A DNA stretch of 64,000 bases from an uncultured Chlamydiae bacterium (GCA_963754655.1 CAVWGN010000001.1:1376001-1440000), one strand, 5' to 3'; shown: positions 19,266 to 30,465, numbered from the stretch's first letter. Notes: generated by a model from the sequence alone, not told the origin. A program made the numbers and translations.

Positions 19266-22075
19266 GAATCTAATAACTCATAGGCAAAATGGTGAAAAAT
19301 TTCATCCTGTCGTGACATTTGCTGTCGAAGAGATTCGCGCCAGTTAGGCAAGTTTAAGTGATATTTCATTGTTGCGGCAATGATATGGTCAATTTGAGCA
19401 GAAGATTCGCTCATTTTATCTAATAGTTTATTTAAGCTCAAAGGTTGATGTCCAGATTTGGAATAAGCTCGAATTTTTTCTTGGTAAGGAATGTCATCAA
19501 CAAGTGGTTGTAAAAGGCGAAAAATTTGCGGTTCACAAGTTTTTTCCAGCGTTTCCACAACCTGACTGCGCACTTTAGGATTGCGGCTTCGTAAGGAGCG
19601 TGAAAGTAACTCTTCATCTTCTACTTCCCCTGATACACCAAGGATTTGAATGATAAAGTCTAAAACGGAATGATAACCTGTAATGAGGACGTCTTGTAAC
19701 ATACTTAAATCTAAATCAGAATGGAGGGATTGAATAGTATGATAGTGATAAAAATAAAAATAAGCACGTTCGATTTCCTGACGGATGATATCAGACAAGT
19801 TTGCCCTTAATTGAGGAAGGGCCAAGCGTCCTAGAATGCGTCCTGCTAACAGTCGGCAGCGATCTGCAACTTGTGTATCTCGTGTAATGGATAGAAGAGC
19901 GGGAACGGTGCGCAGACCCATTTTAAAAATGACTTCCTCTGCTAAACGCCGCTCATTAGGTCTAAAATGTAAGCTGGCTTGGATAATGTCATCCACTAAA
20001 CTAGAATCACTTACTCCTTCCAAAGCTTTTAAGCAAGCCAAGCGTACCTCATTATCACTGATTTGGTTGAGTTGACTAATGATGAGGGGAGCTTGTCGGA
20101 TAGAGTCCAATATCTCGGCTTGGGCGATCGATTTAGCAGCAATCCGAGCTACCATTAAAGAAGAATGTTTAAGGTAAGAAATGAGAATATCGATATCATG
20201 AGCATCTCCATCAATGCCCAAAATTTGCAAACCCATACAAAGCTCTTCTTCATGATGGGAATCTAAGAGTAGCTTCAGATGATAAGCTGCTAACGTGCGA
20301 TTATAAGCGGCTGTTGTCGGAGGCAAATAAGCTAAAGATTTTTTTAAAGCAATGATGGCAGCTCCTTGAAGCTGAATATCTGAGCTTCTTAACTCTCCCA
20401 TCATTTTTTCTGGATGCAATAAGCCTTGCTTAGCAAGATAAAAATAAACTGTACTTCGCAATCGTGGATCAAAATCTTGTTGTGTCCATTCTTGAAGGGC
20501 ATCTAGAACTAAGCTGTTTTTGGCAAAAGCACTTTGCTCAAATAAATGAACTAGCTTGACCTTTGTTCCCGCTCTCATATGTGAGGCATAGTTTAAAAGA
20601 CGCTTAAGAATGGTAGAATCTTCAAAAGCTAATAGCCCTTCGCAAGCAAATAACTGCGCTTGTTCATCACCTAACTTAAAAATGCCTAATAAGCGGTTCT
20701 CAGCTACTTTTTGCTGTTTGTCGGTCATCTTGCCAATCCAATCTGTCACTGTTCTTTGAAAATGAACAGCATTTTCAGATAAATTGAAAAAAATGGCTTT
20801 TAAATAATTGGCCGATAACGCCAATGCGATGCACAGGACGCAGATGGCTAAAATCAATCCCAACAATTTGCTGTGATTTTGAAAAAAAGAAAGAAGTATT
20901 GCGCTCGTCAGCATTCCAACTGGCTCAAAAAAAGACTCAATGATAATGCGGATTTTATATTTTAATTTTGTCGGAACAGCGTTGAGTAGTAAATTGAAAT
21001 TGTTGTCGTCAATAATATATACCGTACCTTCTACAACAAAAAATCCAATAAGGGGAAAGAGAAGACTATTATTCAATGACCAACCTGTAAAGGCAATGAT
21101 CAAGAGGATTGGAGTGATAAGAAGTAAGCTGCTAATGCCAAAGCGCCTGACCATACGGCTATAGATAAATAAACCAAAAAACAAATTGCCTATGCTCACA
21201 GTAGCTAGACATTGCCCTAAAAATAGAGTTAAACTAGCCTCTGTTCCTCCGCCTGCATTGCTATTGGGTTGATTTGCAAAGTAGTTTTCGAAGGTAAACA
21301 TGTAATTGTATTCTGTAATGACCAGCAGCAGATAAATTAAAAAGTTGCTGGTCATTAGGATCAAGGTAAAACGGGATGAAGTAATGGATTTGATAAAGAA
21401 CTTAAAGTAATTGCCATCTTCATAAACTTGCCCTTCTTGCTCCATATCTTCATGCGCGACTAAGGGAATCTCATGCGCTATTTTGCGCACCCAAAAATAA
21501 GTTACGCTCAATAATCCAATAATCAAGACAATCAGATGATCTAAATCCAAAAATCCAGAATGCATCAATAAGCCAGTACTGGCAGCGCCTAAAAAGATAG
21601 TAGAGCTAAAAAGGCTATAGAGTCGTTTGGCATCCTGCAGATGATGATATTGATCAATATAAGTCCAATAACATGTCATTAAAACTGCAAATAAGTAAAA
21701 TCCTGCTAATTTTAAAGCATACCAAAGCCATTGAGCAGCTGTTCCAATATTCAATAAGAGACAAATAAAGATAAAACAGTAGAAACCTAAACCTAAAAGT
21801 AAAGTCGTAAGATAAATCTGATAAGAAGAAAACTTATGAAAGGAATAAAGCAACACAAAAGCGAGGCAAAACATCCCGCAAGCCATCAAAATGTAGGCTT
21901 TAGGAAGAGATTCTGCGCCAATATGCAATAAAAATAAGGCATCTGCGAATTTAAGCGCACATGTGGCCCCAAATGCCCAAATAAATCCCAAAAACGCAAA
22001 TAGCAAGGCTTGGCGTTCTTCTCCTGGATAAATATTGAAAATGCGCTGTAAAAGCCCTTTTCTTGGAACACTCAT
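19262..22075 (-). CDS. NTT/TLC-like MFS membrane domain fused to HEAT repeats
   Basis: DALFL..IGAESLP, DAKRLYSLF, about 12 TM helices followed by HEAT-like helices (NEVRLACLKAL, VRSQVVETLE). Confidence 0.8.
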   Translation of the reverse strand: MSVPRKGLLQRIFNIYPGEERQALLFAFLGFIWAFGATCALKFADALFLLHIGAESLPKAYILMACGMFCLAFVLLYSFHKFSSYQIYLTTLLLGLGFYCFIFICLLLNIGTAAQWLWYALKLAGFYLFAVLMTCYWTYIDQYHHLQDAKRLYSLFSSTIFLGAASTGLLMHSGFLDLDHLIVLIIGLLSVTYFWVRKIAHEIPLVAHEDMEQEGQVYEDGNYFKFFIKSITSSRFTLILMTSNFLIYLLLVITEYNYMFTFENYFANQPNSNAGGGTEASLTLFLGQCLATVSIGNLFFGLFIYSRMVRRFGISSLLLITPILLIIAFTGWSLNNSLLFPLIGFFVVEGTVYIIDDNNFNLLLNAVPTKLKYKIRIIIESFFEPVGMLTSAILLSFFQNHSKLLGLILAICVLCIALALSANYLKAIFFNLSENAVHFQRTVTDWIGKMTDKQQKVAENRLLGIFKLGDEQAQLFACEGLLAFEDSTILKRLLNYASHMRAGTKVKLVHLFEQSAFAKNSLVLDALQEWTQQDFDPRLRSTVYFYLAKQGLLHPEKMMGELRSSDIQLQGAAIIALKKSLAYLPPTTAAYNRTLAAYHLKLLLDSHHEEELCMGLQILGIDGDAHDIDILISYLKHSSLMVARIAAKSIAQAEILDSIRQAPLIISQLNQISDNEVRLACLKALEGVSDSSLVDDIIQASLHFRPNERRLAEEVIFKMGLRTVPALLSITRDTQVADRCRLLAGRILGRLALPQLRANLSDIIRQEIERAYFYFYHYHTIQSLHSDLDLSMLQDVLITGYHSVLDFIIQILGVSGEVEDEELLSRSLRSRNPKVRSQVVETLEKTCEPQIFRLLQPLVDDIPYQEKIRAYSKSGHQPLSLNKLLDKMSESSAQIDHIIAATMKYHLNLPNWRESLRQQMSRQDEIFHHFAYELLDS

Positions 22076-22354
22076 CTCTTATTTAGATTTCCATTTTAAT
22101 TTTAATTTGATAATAAATATATTGTAAAATCTATAAAATTAAAACAAATTTAGCGCAAATTTAGCAAAATATTAGGGATAATTAGAAATCTTTTTATTAA
22201 AAGCTCAAAAATAAAGGTTTTGCGGACCTTAAAGCCTAAAAATCTTATGAAATTCCATTCTAATCCCACATTCCTAGACCAGGAGAATAAGTTTTTTGAG
22301 TTAGTTAAGAGCTCTGTGGTTAGGCCTGAAGGGCCGTCATGTTACAGCCCAGGT

Positions 22355-22622
22355 GAGTGCGGCCTCTTTTAGTTGAAAAATAAAGTCATAAAAAAAGCCT
22401 CTTCGCTATAATCAAAATGCTACTAAACAACTTTGACACCAGGAAGAGGCTTAAGATGTCATTATACACTATTGAAAATTTACAGAATAATCAAAACATT
22501 CAAAATCTATTAAGCTTTCTCAGCCATGAGGCTAAGAATTGCCAGCTTCATTATGTTGAAAGTTGTGCAAAAAGGAATTACGGAGATATAGCTGCATAGT
22601 CCAACTAAAAGAGGCCGCACTC
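22355..22622 (+). mobile_element. 268-bp internally deleted IS/MITE (possibly ISKra4/Mutator-like)
   Basis: Perfect 21-bp TIR GAGTGCGGCCTCTTTTAGTTG / CAACTAAAAGAGGCCGCACTC; 8-bp TSD GCCCAGGT/GCCCAGGC; short internal ORF ending ..DIAA* just before the right TIR; family call is an inference. Confidence 0.8.
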
Positions 22623-22689
22623 GCCCAGGCGAAGCGGCCTGGGGAAAAGCACACCTATATTCGTAGTCTGAAAGACTACAAGAGGAATT

Positions 22690-22905
22690 GTGGCGCACTC
22701 ACCACTTGCAAGCAGTTTTAATTCATATTATATTTAGCATCAAATCATGCTGGCCATTTATATAAACACAAAACATTTGCAACCTTTCTCCAAAAATAGA
22801 TTTAGAATCAAAAAGAGCACCATAAACAATGACATTTCAAGATGAATATTGCGGATTTCTAAAAAAATATGAGTGCGTTTTGATAAAAAATATGTTTGGG
22901 ATTAG
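22690..22905 (+). pseudogene. Internally deleted, frameshifted Y1 HUH transposase (IS200-like TnpA/RAYT)
   Basis: GAGGA + GTG then MAHSPLA / AVLIHIIFSIK..WPFI*; C-terminus K*I*NQKEHHKQ / TFQDEYCGFLKKYE / FDKKYVWD*; the catalytic Tyr of YIxNQ is now TAG and the HUH region is absent. Confidence 0.75.
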
Positions 22906-23153
22906 ATGATTCTCTTATAGTCCTTCAGACTACATGACAACGGGCAATCTAACCCAGGACGATGTCCTGAGCTATTTCTATTTGAAGCCTTTCAGGCTAT
23001 AAAACAAATAAAGCTATTTAGTTATTTAGGGAATATAACTAATCTTCGTCCTCATTTGCGTAAATTGAATTTGGTAAATCAAAGAATGAGAGCAAGGCCT
23101 TGCATGATATCGCTTAGCTTAAGTTCTTCTCTTCACTAACGCATAGGGAGTTA

Positions 23154-23190
23154 AAACCATCCTAATAGGCAAAACCCATGTGATAAAGTA
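23154..23190. repeat. Solo MITE terminus at the downstream boundary of array 1
   Basis: AAACCATCCTAATAGGCAAAACCCATGTGATAAAGTA|CTAG resembles 15690-15727. Confidence 0.65.
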
Positions 23191-23248
23191 CTAGACTCCT
23201 TTTGGTAACTTAACTGAACCAAAAGGAGTATACGGAAACATCTTAAGC

Positions 23249-24838
23249 TTAGCCATTGTCCTGAATGGCAGCCAAGACAATCTCTTGAATGGTTACATCT
23301 GCATATTGCAGAACCCTGCCATTTTGCTTAACGGCCGCCAAGACAATCTCTAGATCTTTTTTAAGGTTTTCAGCCGTAGATGCAAGAGCCAAACCACAGT
23401 CCTTAACAGCAGCCAAGACAATCTCTCGATCTTTTTTAAGACTTTCATCTGCATAGTGAAGAGCGATGCCAGTTTGCTGAACGGAAGCCAAGACAATCTC
23501 TCGATCTTTTGTAAGGCTTTCATCTGCATATTTAAGAGCCCGGCCATCTTGGTTAACGGCCGCCAAAACAATCTCTCGATCTTTTTTAAGGCTTTTACCT
23601 GCATAGCCAAGAGCATCGCCATCTTGCTGAACGGCTGCCAAAACAATCTCTCGATCTTTTCTAAGGCTTGCATCTGCATATTCAAGAGCCCAGCCAACTT
23701 GGTTAACAGCAGCCAAGACAATTTCTCGATCTTTTGTAAGGCTTTTATCTACAAATTGGAGAGCCTTGCCATTTTGCTGAACGGCAGCCAAGATAATCTC
23801 TCGATCATTTTTAAGACTTTTATCTGCATAGACAAGAGTATAACCATCTTGGTTAACGGCAGCTAAGACAATCTCTCGATCCTTTTTAAGGCTTGCATCT
23901 GCATAGAGAAGAGCCCAGCCAACTTGGTTAACAGCAGCCAAGACAATTTCTCGATCTTTTGTAAGGCTTTCATCTACAAATTGGAGAGCCTTGCCATTTT
24001 GCTGAACGGCAGCCAAGATAATCTCTCGATCATTTTTAAGACTTTTATCTGCATAGACAAGAGCATAACCATCTTGGTTAACGGCAGCTAAGACAATCTC
24101 TCGATCCTTTTTAAGGCTTTCATGTATATCAAAAACAGCATATCCAAAATAGCGCGCAACTTGAATAAAAATTTTTTTATCGTTAAAATTGGGAAACTTT
24201 TTAAGAGTAGACAGGAGAGATGTTTTTCCCTCGTGCCATCTTTGAGCTTGACCGGCAAAATAAAATCTTTCAATAAACTCATTTTTGATAACGGTTAATT
24301 TTTCTTCATCACTCCCTGATATAAGAAAATTTAAAATAGACAATTGATTTTCAGCAATCATCTGGATGCGTTGATTGGCGCTGTTTTTGCAAATTTCGGG
24401 TTTCCATATATAGCGATGCAAAAGAGAAAGAAATAAACTCTTTGAGTGAAATAATTCTGAATCAATCATCAATAATTTTTCAAATGTTCTTCTATCTTCA
24501 ATGGCTCGATCAATCAATTTAAGCTCTTTAGAAGTAAAATCCCTCTTTTGGTCTGTAACGATACACTCCTCAGGAGGCGTAATAGTGGGGAATCGATCAC
24601 TGTGTGTAATTTGAAAAAGAGTCTGCAATAATGAGATGCAAGGATTTGTCTGAAGAACCCTTTCCCATTTTTTACAGGTAAGTAAAATAGAAGAAATATT
24701 GCGTAAAGGTTGACTCTTTTGATTGACAATCTGATCAAAAATAATTCCTAATATTTCATTAGGCATTGTATTTAAGAAGAATTCGAATTCCTCTGAAGTG
24801 CTTTGCCTTGTTTGTGAATGAGAGTTAGTAATTTGCAT
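23249..24838 (-). CDS. F-box-like + DUF4116-type repeat protein (array 1, ~11 repeats)
   Basis: MPNEILGIIFDQI..ISSILLTCKKWERVL; repeat variants DGY,NGK,VGW,DGY,NGK,VGW,DGD,DGR,TGI,CGL,NGR. Confidence 0.9.
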   Translation of the reverse strand: MQITNSHSQTRQSTSEEFEFFLNTMPNEILGIIFDQIVNQKSQPLRNISSILLTCKKWERVLQTNPCISLLQTLFQITHSDRFPTITPPEECIVTDQKRDFTSKELKLIDRAIEDRRTFEKLLMIDSELFHSKSLFLSLLHRYIWKPEICKNSANQRIQMIAENQLSILNFLISGSDEEKLTVIKNEFIERFYFAGQAQRWHEGKTSLLSTLKKFPNFNDKKIFIQVARYFGYAVFDIHESLKKDREIVLAAVNQDGYALVYADKSLKNDREIILAAVQQNGKALQFVDESLTKDREIVLAAVNQVGWALLYADASLKKDREIVLAAVNQDGYTLVYADKSLKNDREIILAAVQQNGKALQFVDKSLTKDREIVLAAVNQVGWALEYADASLRKDREIVLAAVQQDGDALGYAGKSLKKDREIVLAAVNQDGRALKYADESLTKDREIVLASVQQTGIALHYADESLKKDREIVLAAVKDCGLALASTAENLKKDLEIVLAAVKQNGRVLQYADVTIQEIVLAAIQDNG

Positions 24839-25222
24839 AATTATCCTCTAATTTAATAATTTAATTTTAACATTTATTATAAATTTTTTAATAAATGGTT
24901 ATTATAACAAATGAAATAATTTATAAGGAGATTTATTTATTTATTTATTTTTGTTGCTGCTAATTAGAAATTGCTGCTTTTTTCCATTTAAACATGGTCA
25001 CTTTTGGAAATGAATCCATAGAACAGGAGGTTCTAGCTAGGGGAGGTTTAATAGAGATATGAAGCCTATCACTCATTTATTAACCCAAAAAGTGATCAAG
25101 CCAATTGTCAAAAAGGTGAGTGTGGTTAAATTCAAGGAATGAGAGAAAAACCCTGCCTAATGTTAGAATTATCCTCCTTTCGGTCAACTTGACCAAAAGG
25201 AGCCTAAGAAAAAATCGTAAGC

Positions 25223-26590
25223 TTAGCCATTGTCCTGAATGGCAGCCAAGACAATCTCTTGAATGGTTTCATGTGCATAAGGGAGAGTATCGACATTTTG
25301 CTTCACGGCGGCTAAGACAATTTGTAGATCTTTTTTAAAGATTCCATCTGCAAATTGAAGAGCATTGCCATGTTGCTGAACGGCAGCCAAGACAATCTCT
25401 CGATCTTTTTTAAGGCTTTTATCTACATATTGAAGAATCCAGCCATATTGCTGAACGGCAGCCAAGATAATCTCTCGATCTTTTTTAAGGCTTTCATCTG
25501 CATGTAGAAGAACAGTGCCATCTTGCTTAACGGCAGCCAAGACAATCTTTCGATCTTTTTTAAGGCTTTCATCTGCAAATTGAAGAGCTCTACCATCTTG
25601 CTGAACGGCAGCCAAGCCAATCTCTCGATCTTTTGTAAGGCTTTCATCTGCATATCGAAGAGCTGTGCCATATTGCTGAACAGCAGCCAAGACAATCTCT
25701 TTATCTTTTTTAAGTCTTTCATCTGCATATTCAAAAGCCAAGCCATTTTGCTGAACGGCAGCCAAGACAACCTCTCGATCTTTTTTAAGGCTTTCATCTG
25801 CAAAGTGAAGAGCTGAGCCACTTTGCTTAACGGCAGCCAAGACAATCTCTCGATCTTTTTTAAAGCCTTCATCTATATCAAAAACATCACCTCCGAAACA
25901 GCGAGCAACTTGAATAAAAACTTTTTTATCATCATTAAGATTGCGAAATTTTTTAAGAGTAGACAGGAGAGATGTTTTTCCCTCGTGCCATCTTTGAGCT
26001 TGACCGGCAAAATAAAATCTTTCAATAAACTCATTTTTGATAACAGTTAATTTTTCTTCATCACTCCCTGATATAAGAAAATTTAAAATAGACAATTGAT
26101 TTTCAGCAATCATCCGGATGCGCTGATTGGCGCTGTTTTTGCAAATTTCGGGTTCCCATATATAGCGATGTAAAAGAGAAAGAAATAAACTCTTTGAGTG
26201 AAATAATTCTGAATCAATCATCAATAATTTTTCAAATGTTCTTCTTTCTCCGATGGCTCGATCAATCAATTTAAGCTCTTGAGATGTAAAATCACTCTTT
26301 TGACCATTTGTGACGATACACTCTTGGGGAAGAGTAATAGTGAATCGATCACTGTGTGTCATTTTAAAAAAAGTCTGCAATAATGAGATGCAAGGATTTG
26401 TCTTAAGAATCCTTTCCCATTTTTTACAGGTGAGTAAAATAGAAGCAATATCGCGTAAAGGTTGACTCTTTTGATTGACAATCTGATCAAAAACAATTTC
26501 TAATATCTCATTAGGCATTGTATTTAAAGAGTATTCGAATTCCTCTGAAGTGCTTTGCTTTGTTTGTGAATGAAAGTCAGTAATCTGCAT
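25223..26590 (-). CDS. F-box-like + DUF4116-type repeat protein (array 1, ~8 repeats)
   Basis: Paralog; variants SGS,NGL,YGT,DGR,DGT,YGW,HGN,NVD. Confidence 0.9.
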   Translation of the reverse strand: MQITDFHSQTKQSTSEEFEYSLNTMPNEILEIVFDQIVNQKSQPLRDIASILLTCKKWERILKTNPCISLLQTFFKMTHSDRFTITLPQECIVTNGQKSDFTSQELKLIDRAIGERRTFEKLLMIDSELFHSKSLFLSLLHRYIWEPEICKNSANQRIRMIAENQLSILNFLISGSDEEKLTVIKNEFIERFYFAGQAQRWHEGKTSLLSTLKKFRNLNDDKKVFIQVARCFGGDVFDIDEGFKKDREIVLAAVKQSGSALHFADESLKKDREVVLAAVQQNGLAFEYADERLKKDKEIVLAAVQQYGTALRYADESLTKDREIGLAAVQQDGRALQFADESLKKDRKIVLAAVKQDGTVLLHADESLKKDREIILAAVQQYGWILQYVDKSLKKDREIVLAAVQQHGNALQFADGIFKKDLQIVLAAVKQNVDTLPYAHETIQEIVLAAIQDNG

Positions 26591-26941
26591 AATTATCCTT
26601 TAATTAAATTTTTTAGTTTAATATTTATTATCAATTTTTAATAGATAGATATGATAGCAAATAAATTAATTTATAAGTAGAATTATTATTTTTTTTGTTG
26701 TGCTAATTAGAAATTGCCGCTTTTGGAAATGAACCTCTAGAACAAGAAGGTTCTAATTAAGTTAGGTTTAATAGAGATGTCCGAGCCTATCATTTATCTA
26801 TTAGCCCAAAAGTGATCAAGCCAATTGTCAAAAAGGTGAGTGTGGTTAAATTCAAGGAATGAGAGAAAAACCCTGCCTAATGTTAGAATTATCCTCCTTT
26901 CGGTCAACTTGACCAAAAGGAGCCTAAGAAAAATCTTAAGC

Positions 26942-28384
26942 TTAGCCATTGTCCTGAATGGCAGCCAAGACAATCTCTTGAATGGTTTTGTGTACATAAG
27001 GGAGAGTATCGACATTTTGCTTCACGGCGGCTAAGACAATTTGTAGATCTTTTTTAAAGATTCCATCTGCAAATTGAAGAGCATTGCCATGTTGCTGAAC
27101 GGCAGCCAAGACAATCTCTCGATCTTTTTTAAGGCTTTTATCTACATATTGAAGAATCCAGCCATATTGCTTAACGGCAGCCAAGACAATCTTTCGATCT
27201 TTTGTAAGACTTTCATCTGCATATAAAAGAGCTGTGCCATCTTGCTTAACGGCAGCCAAGACAATCTTTCGATCTTTTTTAAGGCTTTCATCTGCAAATT
27301 GAAGAGTCCTACCATCTTGCTTAACGGCAGCCAAGCCAATCTCTCGATCTTTTGTAAGGCTTTTATCTACCAATTGAAGAGCTCTACTATCTTGCTGAAC
27401 GGCAGCCAAGACAATCTCTCGATCTTTTTTAAGGCTTTCATCTGCATATCGAAGAGCTGTGCCATATTGCTGAACGGCAGCCAAGACAGTGTCTGGGTCT
27501 TTTTTAAGGCTTTCATCTGCAAATTGAAGAAGCCAGCCATTTTGCTTAACGGCAGCCAAGACAATCTCTCGATCTTTTTTAAGGCTTTCATCTATATATT
27601 CAAGAGTCGTGCCATTTTTCTGAACGGCAGCCAAGACAATCTCTCGATCTTTTTTAAAGCCTTCATCTATATCAAAAACATCATCTCCGAAACAGCGAGC
27701 AACTTGAATAAAAACTTTTTTATCATCGTTAAGATTGCGAAATTTTTTAAGAGTAGACAGGAGAGATGTTTTTCCCTCGTGCCATCTTTGAGCTTGACCG
27801 GCAAAATAAAATCTTTCAATAAACTCATTTTTGATAACGGTTAATTTTTCTTCATCACTCCCTGATATAAGAAAATTTAAAATAGACAATTGATTTTCAG
27901 CAATCATCTGGATGCGTTGATTGGCGCTGTTTTTGCAAATTTCGGGTTCCCATATATAGCGATGCAAAAGAGAAAGAAATAAACTCTTTGAGTGAAATAA
28001 TTCTGAATCAATCATCAATAATTTTTCAAATGTTCTTCTTTCTCCAATGGCTCGATCAATCAATTTAAGCTCTTTAGAAGTAAAATCCCTCTTTTGGTCT
28101 GTAACGATACACTCCTCAGGAGGCGTAATAGTGGGGAATCGATCACTGTGTGTAATTTGAAAAAGAGTCTGCAATAATGAGATGCAAGGATTTGTCTGAA
28201 GAACCCTTTCCCATTTTTTACAGGTAAGTAAAATAGAAGAAATATTGCGTAAAGGTTGACTCTTTTGATTGACAATCTGATCAAAAATAATTCCTAATAT
28301 TTCATTAGGCATTGTATTTAAGAAGAATTCGAATTCCTCTGAAGTGCTTTGCCTTGTTTGTGAATGAAAGTTAGTAATTTGCAT
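26942..28384 (-). CDS. F-box-like + DUF4116-type repeat protein (array 1, ~9 repeats)
   Basis: Paralog; N-terminus near-identical to 23249..24838; variants NGT,NGW,YGT,DSR,DGR,DGT,YGW,HGN,NVD. Confidence 0.9.
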   Translation of the reverse strand: MQITNFHSQTRQSTSEEFEFFLNTMPNEILGIIFDQIVNQKSQPLRNISSILLTCKKWERVLQTNPCISLLQTLFQITHSDRFPTITPPEECIVTDQKRDFTSKELKLIDRAIGERRTFEKLLMIDSELFHSKSLFLSLLHRYIWEPEICKNSANQRIQMIAENQLSILNFLISGSDEEKLTVIKNEFIERFYFAGQAQRWHEGKTSLLSTLKKFRNLNDDKKVFIQVARCFGDDVFDIDEGFKKDREIVLAAVQKNGTTLEYIDESLKKDREIVLAAVKQNGWLLQFADESLKKDPDTVLAAVQQYGTALRYADESLKKDREIVLAAVQQDSRALQLVDKSLTKDREIGLAAVKQDGRTLQFADESLKKDRKIVLAAVKQDGTALLYADESLTKDRKIVLAAVKQYGWILQYVDKSLKKDREIVLAAVQQHGNALQFADGIFKKDLQIVLAAVKQNVDTLPYVHKTIQEIVLAAIQDNG

Positions 28385-28767
28385 AATTATCCTCTAATTT
28401 AATAATTTAATTTTAACATTTATTATAAATTTTTTAATAAATGGTTATTATAACAAATGAAATAATTTATAAGGAGATTTATTTATTTATTTATTTTTGT
28501 TGCTGCTAATTAGAAATTGCTGCTTTTTTCCATTTAAACATGGTCATTTTTGGAAATGAATCCATAGAACAGGAGGTTCTAGCTAGGGGAGGTTTAATAG
28601 AGATATGAAGCCTATCACTCATTTATTAACCCAAAAAGTGATCAAGCCAATTGTCAAAAAGGTGAGTGTGGTTAAATTCAAGGAATGAGAGAAAAACCCT
28701 GCCTAATGTTAGAATTATCCTCCTTTCGGTCAACTTGACCAAAAGGAGCCTAAGAAAAATCGTAAGC

Positions 28768-30138
28768 TTAGCCATTGTCCTGAATGGCAGCCAAGACAAT
28801 CTCTTGAATGGTTTTGTGTACATAAGGGAGAGTATCGACATTTTGCTTCACGGCGGCTAAGACAATTTGTAGATCTTTTTTAAAGATTCCATCTGCAAAT
28901 TGAAGAGCATTGCCATGTTGCTGAACGGCAGCCAAGACAATCTCTCGATCTTTTTTAAGGCTTTTATCTACATATTGAAGAATCCAGCCATATTGCTTAA
29001 CGGCAGCCAAGATAATCTCTCGATCTTTTTTAAGGCTTTCATCTGCATGTAGAAGAACAGTGCCATCTTGCTTAACGGCAGCCAAGACAATCTTTCGATC
29101 TTTTTTAAGGCTTTCATCTGCAAATTGAAGAGCTCTACCATCTTGCTGAACGGCAGCCAAGCCAATCTCTCGATCTTTTGTAAGGCTTTCATCTGCATAT
29201 CGAAGAGCTGTGCCATATTGCTGAACGGCAGCCAAGACAATGTCTGGGTCTTTTTTAAAGCTTTCATCTACATATTGAAGAAGCCAGCCATTTTGCTTAA
29301 CGGCAGCCAAGACAATCTCTCGATCTTTTTTAAGGCTTTCATCTGCAAAGTGAAGAGCACTGCCATCATGTTGCTGAACGGCAGCCAAGACAATCTCTCG
29401 ATCTTTTTTAAAGCCTTCATCTATATCAAAAACATCATCTCCGAAACAGCGAGCAACTTGAATAAAAACTTTTTTATCATCGTTAAGATTGCGAAATTTT
29501 TTAAGAATAGACAGGAGAGATGTTTTTCCCTCGTGCCATCTTTGAGCTTGACCGGCAAAATAAAATCTTTCAATAAACTCATTTTTGATAACGGTTAATT
29601 TTTCTTCATCACTCCCTGATAGAAGAGAATTTAAAATAGACAATTGATTTTCAGCAATCATCCGGATGCGCTGATTGGCGCTGTTTTTGCAAATTTCGGG
29701 TTCCCATATATAGCGATGTAAAAGAGAAAGAAATAAACTCTTTGAGTGAAATAATTCTGAATCAATCATCAATAATTTTTCAAATGTTCTTCTTTCTCCG
29801 ATGGCTCGATCAATCAATTTAAGCTCTTGAGATGTAAAATCACTCTTTTGACCATTTGTGACGATACACTCTTGGGGAAGAGTAATAGTGAATCGATCAC
29901 TGTGTGTCATTTTAAAAAAAGTCTGCAATAATGAGATGCAAGGATTTGTCTGAAGAACCCTTTCCCATTTTTTACAGGTGAGTAAAATAGAAGCAATATC
30001 GCGTAAAGGTTGACTCTTTTGATTGACAATCTGATCAAAAATAATTCCTAATATTTCATTAGGCATTGTATTTAAGGAGAATTCGAATTCCTCTGAAGTA
30101 CTTTGCATTGTTTGTGAATGAAAGTCAGTAATTTGCAT
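28768..30138 (-). CDS. F-box-like + DUF4116-type repeat protein (array 1, ~8 repeats)
   Basis: Paralog; variants HDGS,NGW,YGT,DGR,DGT,YGW,HGN,NVD. Confidence 0.9.
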   Translation of the reverse strand: MQITDFHSQTMQSTSEEFEFSLNTMPNEILGIIFDQIVNQKSQPLRDIASILLTCKKWERVLQTNPCISLLQTFFKMTHSDRFTITLPQECIVTNGQKSDFTSQELKLIDRAIGERRTFEKLLMIDSELFHSKSLFLSLLHRYIWEPEICKNSANQRIRMIAENQLSILNSLLSGSDEEKLTVIKNEFIERFYFAGQAQRWHEGKTSLLSILKKFRNLNDDKKVFIQVARCFGDDVFDIDEGFKKDREIVLAAVQQHDGSALHFADESLKKDREIVLAAVKQNGWLLQYVDESFKKDPDIVLAAVQQYGTALRYADESLTKDREIGLAAVQQDGRALQFADESLKKDRKIVLAAVKQDGTVLLHADESLKKDREIILAAVKQYGWILQYVDKSLKKDREIVLAAVQQHGNALQFADGIFKKDLQIVLAAVKQNVDTLPYVHKTIQEIVLAAIQDNG

Positions 30139-30465
30139 AATTATCCTTTAATTGAATCATATAATATAATATTTATTATCAATTTTTTAATAAATAGATA
30201 TGATAACAAATAAATTAATTTAGAAGGAGATTTATTTTTTTTTATGGCTGCTAATTAGAAATTGCTAATTTTCTCACATTTATAAGTGGTCACTTTTGAA
30301 AATGAATTTTCAGAACAAGGAGGTTCTAACTAGGGGAGATTTAATAGAGATGTCCGAGCCTATCATTTATCTATTAGCCCAAAAGTGATCAAGCCAATTG
30401 TCAAAAAGGTGAGTGTGGTAAATTCAAGGAATGAGAGAAAAACCCTGCCTAATGTGGGAATTATC

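Larger units (their letters stand above)
22322..22998 (+). mobile_element. Decayed REP-flanked IS200-like/RAYT locus
   Basis: Three-hairpin REP 22322-22678 (after removing the MITE), tnpA relic, inverted three-hairpin REP 22918-22998 (TAGTCCTTCAGACTA, CCCAGG..CCTGAG, AGCCTTTCAGGCT). Confidence 0.7.
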
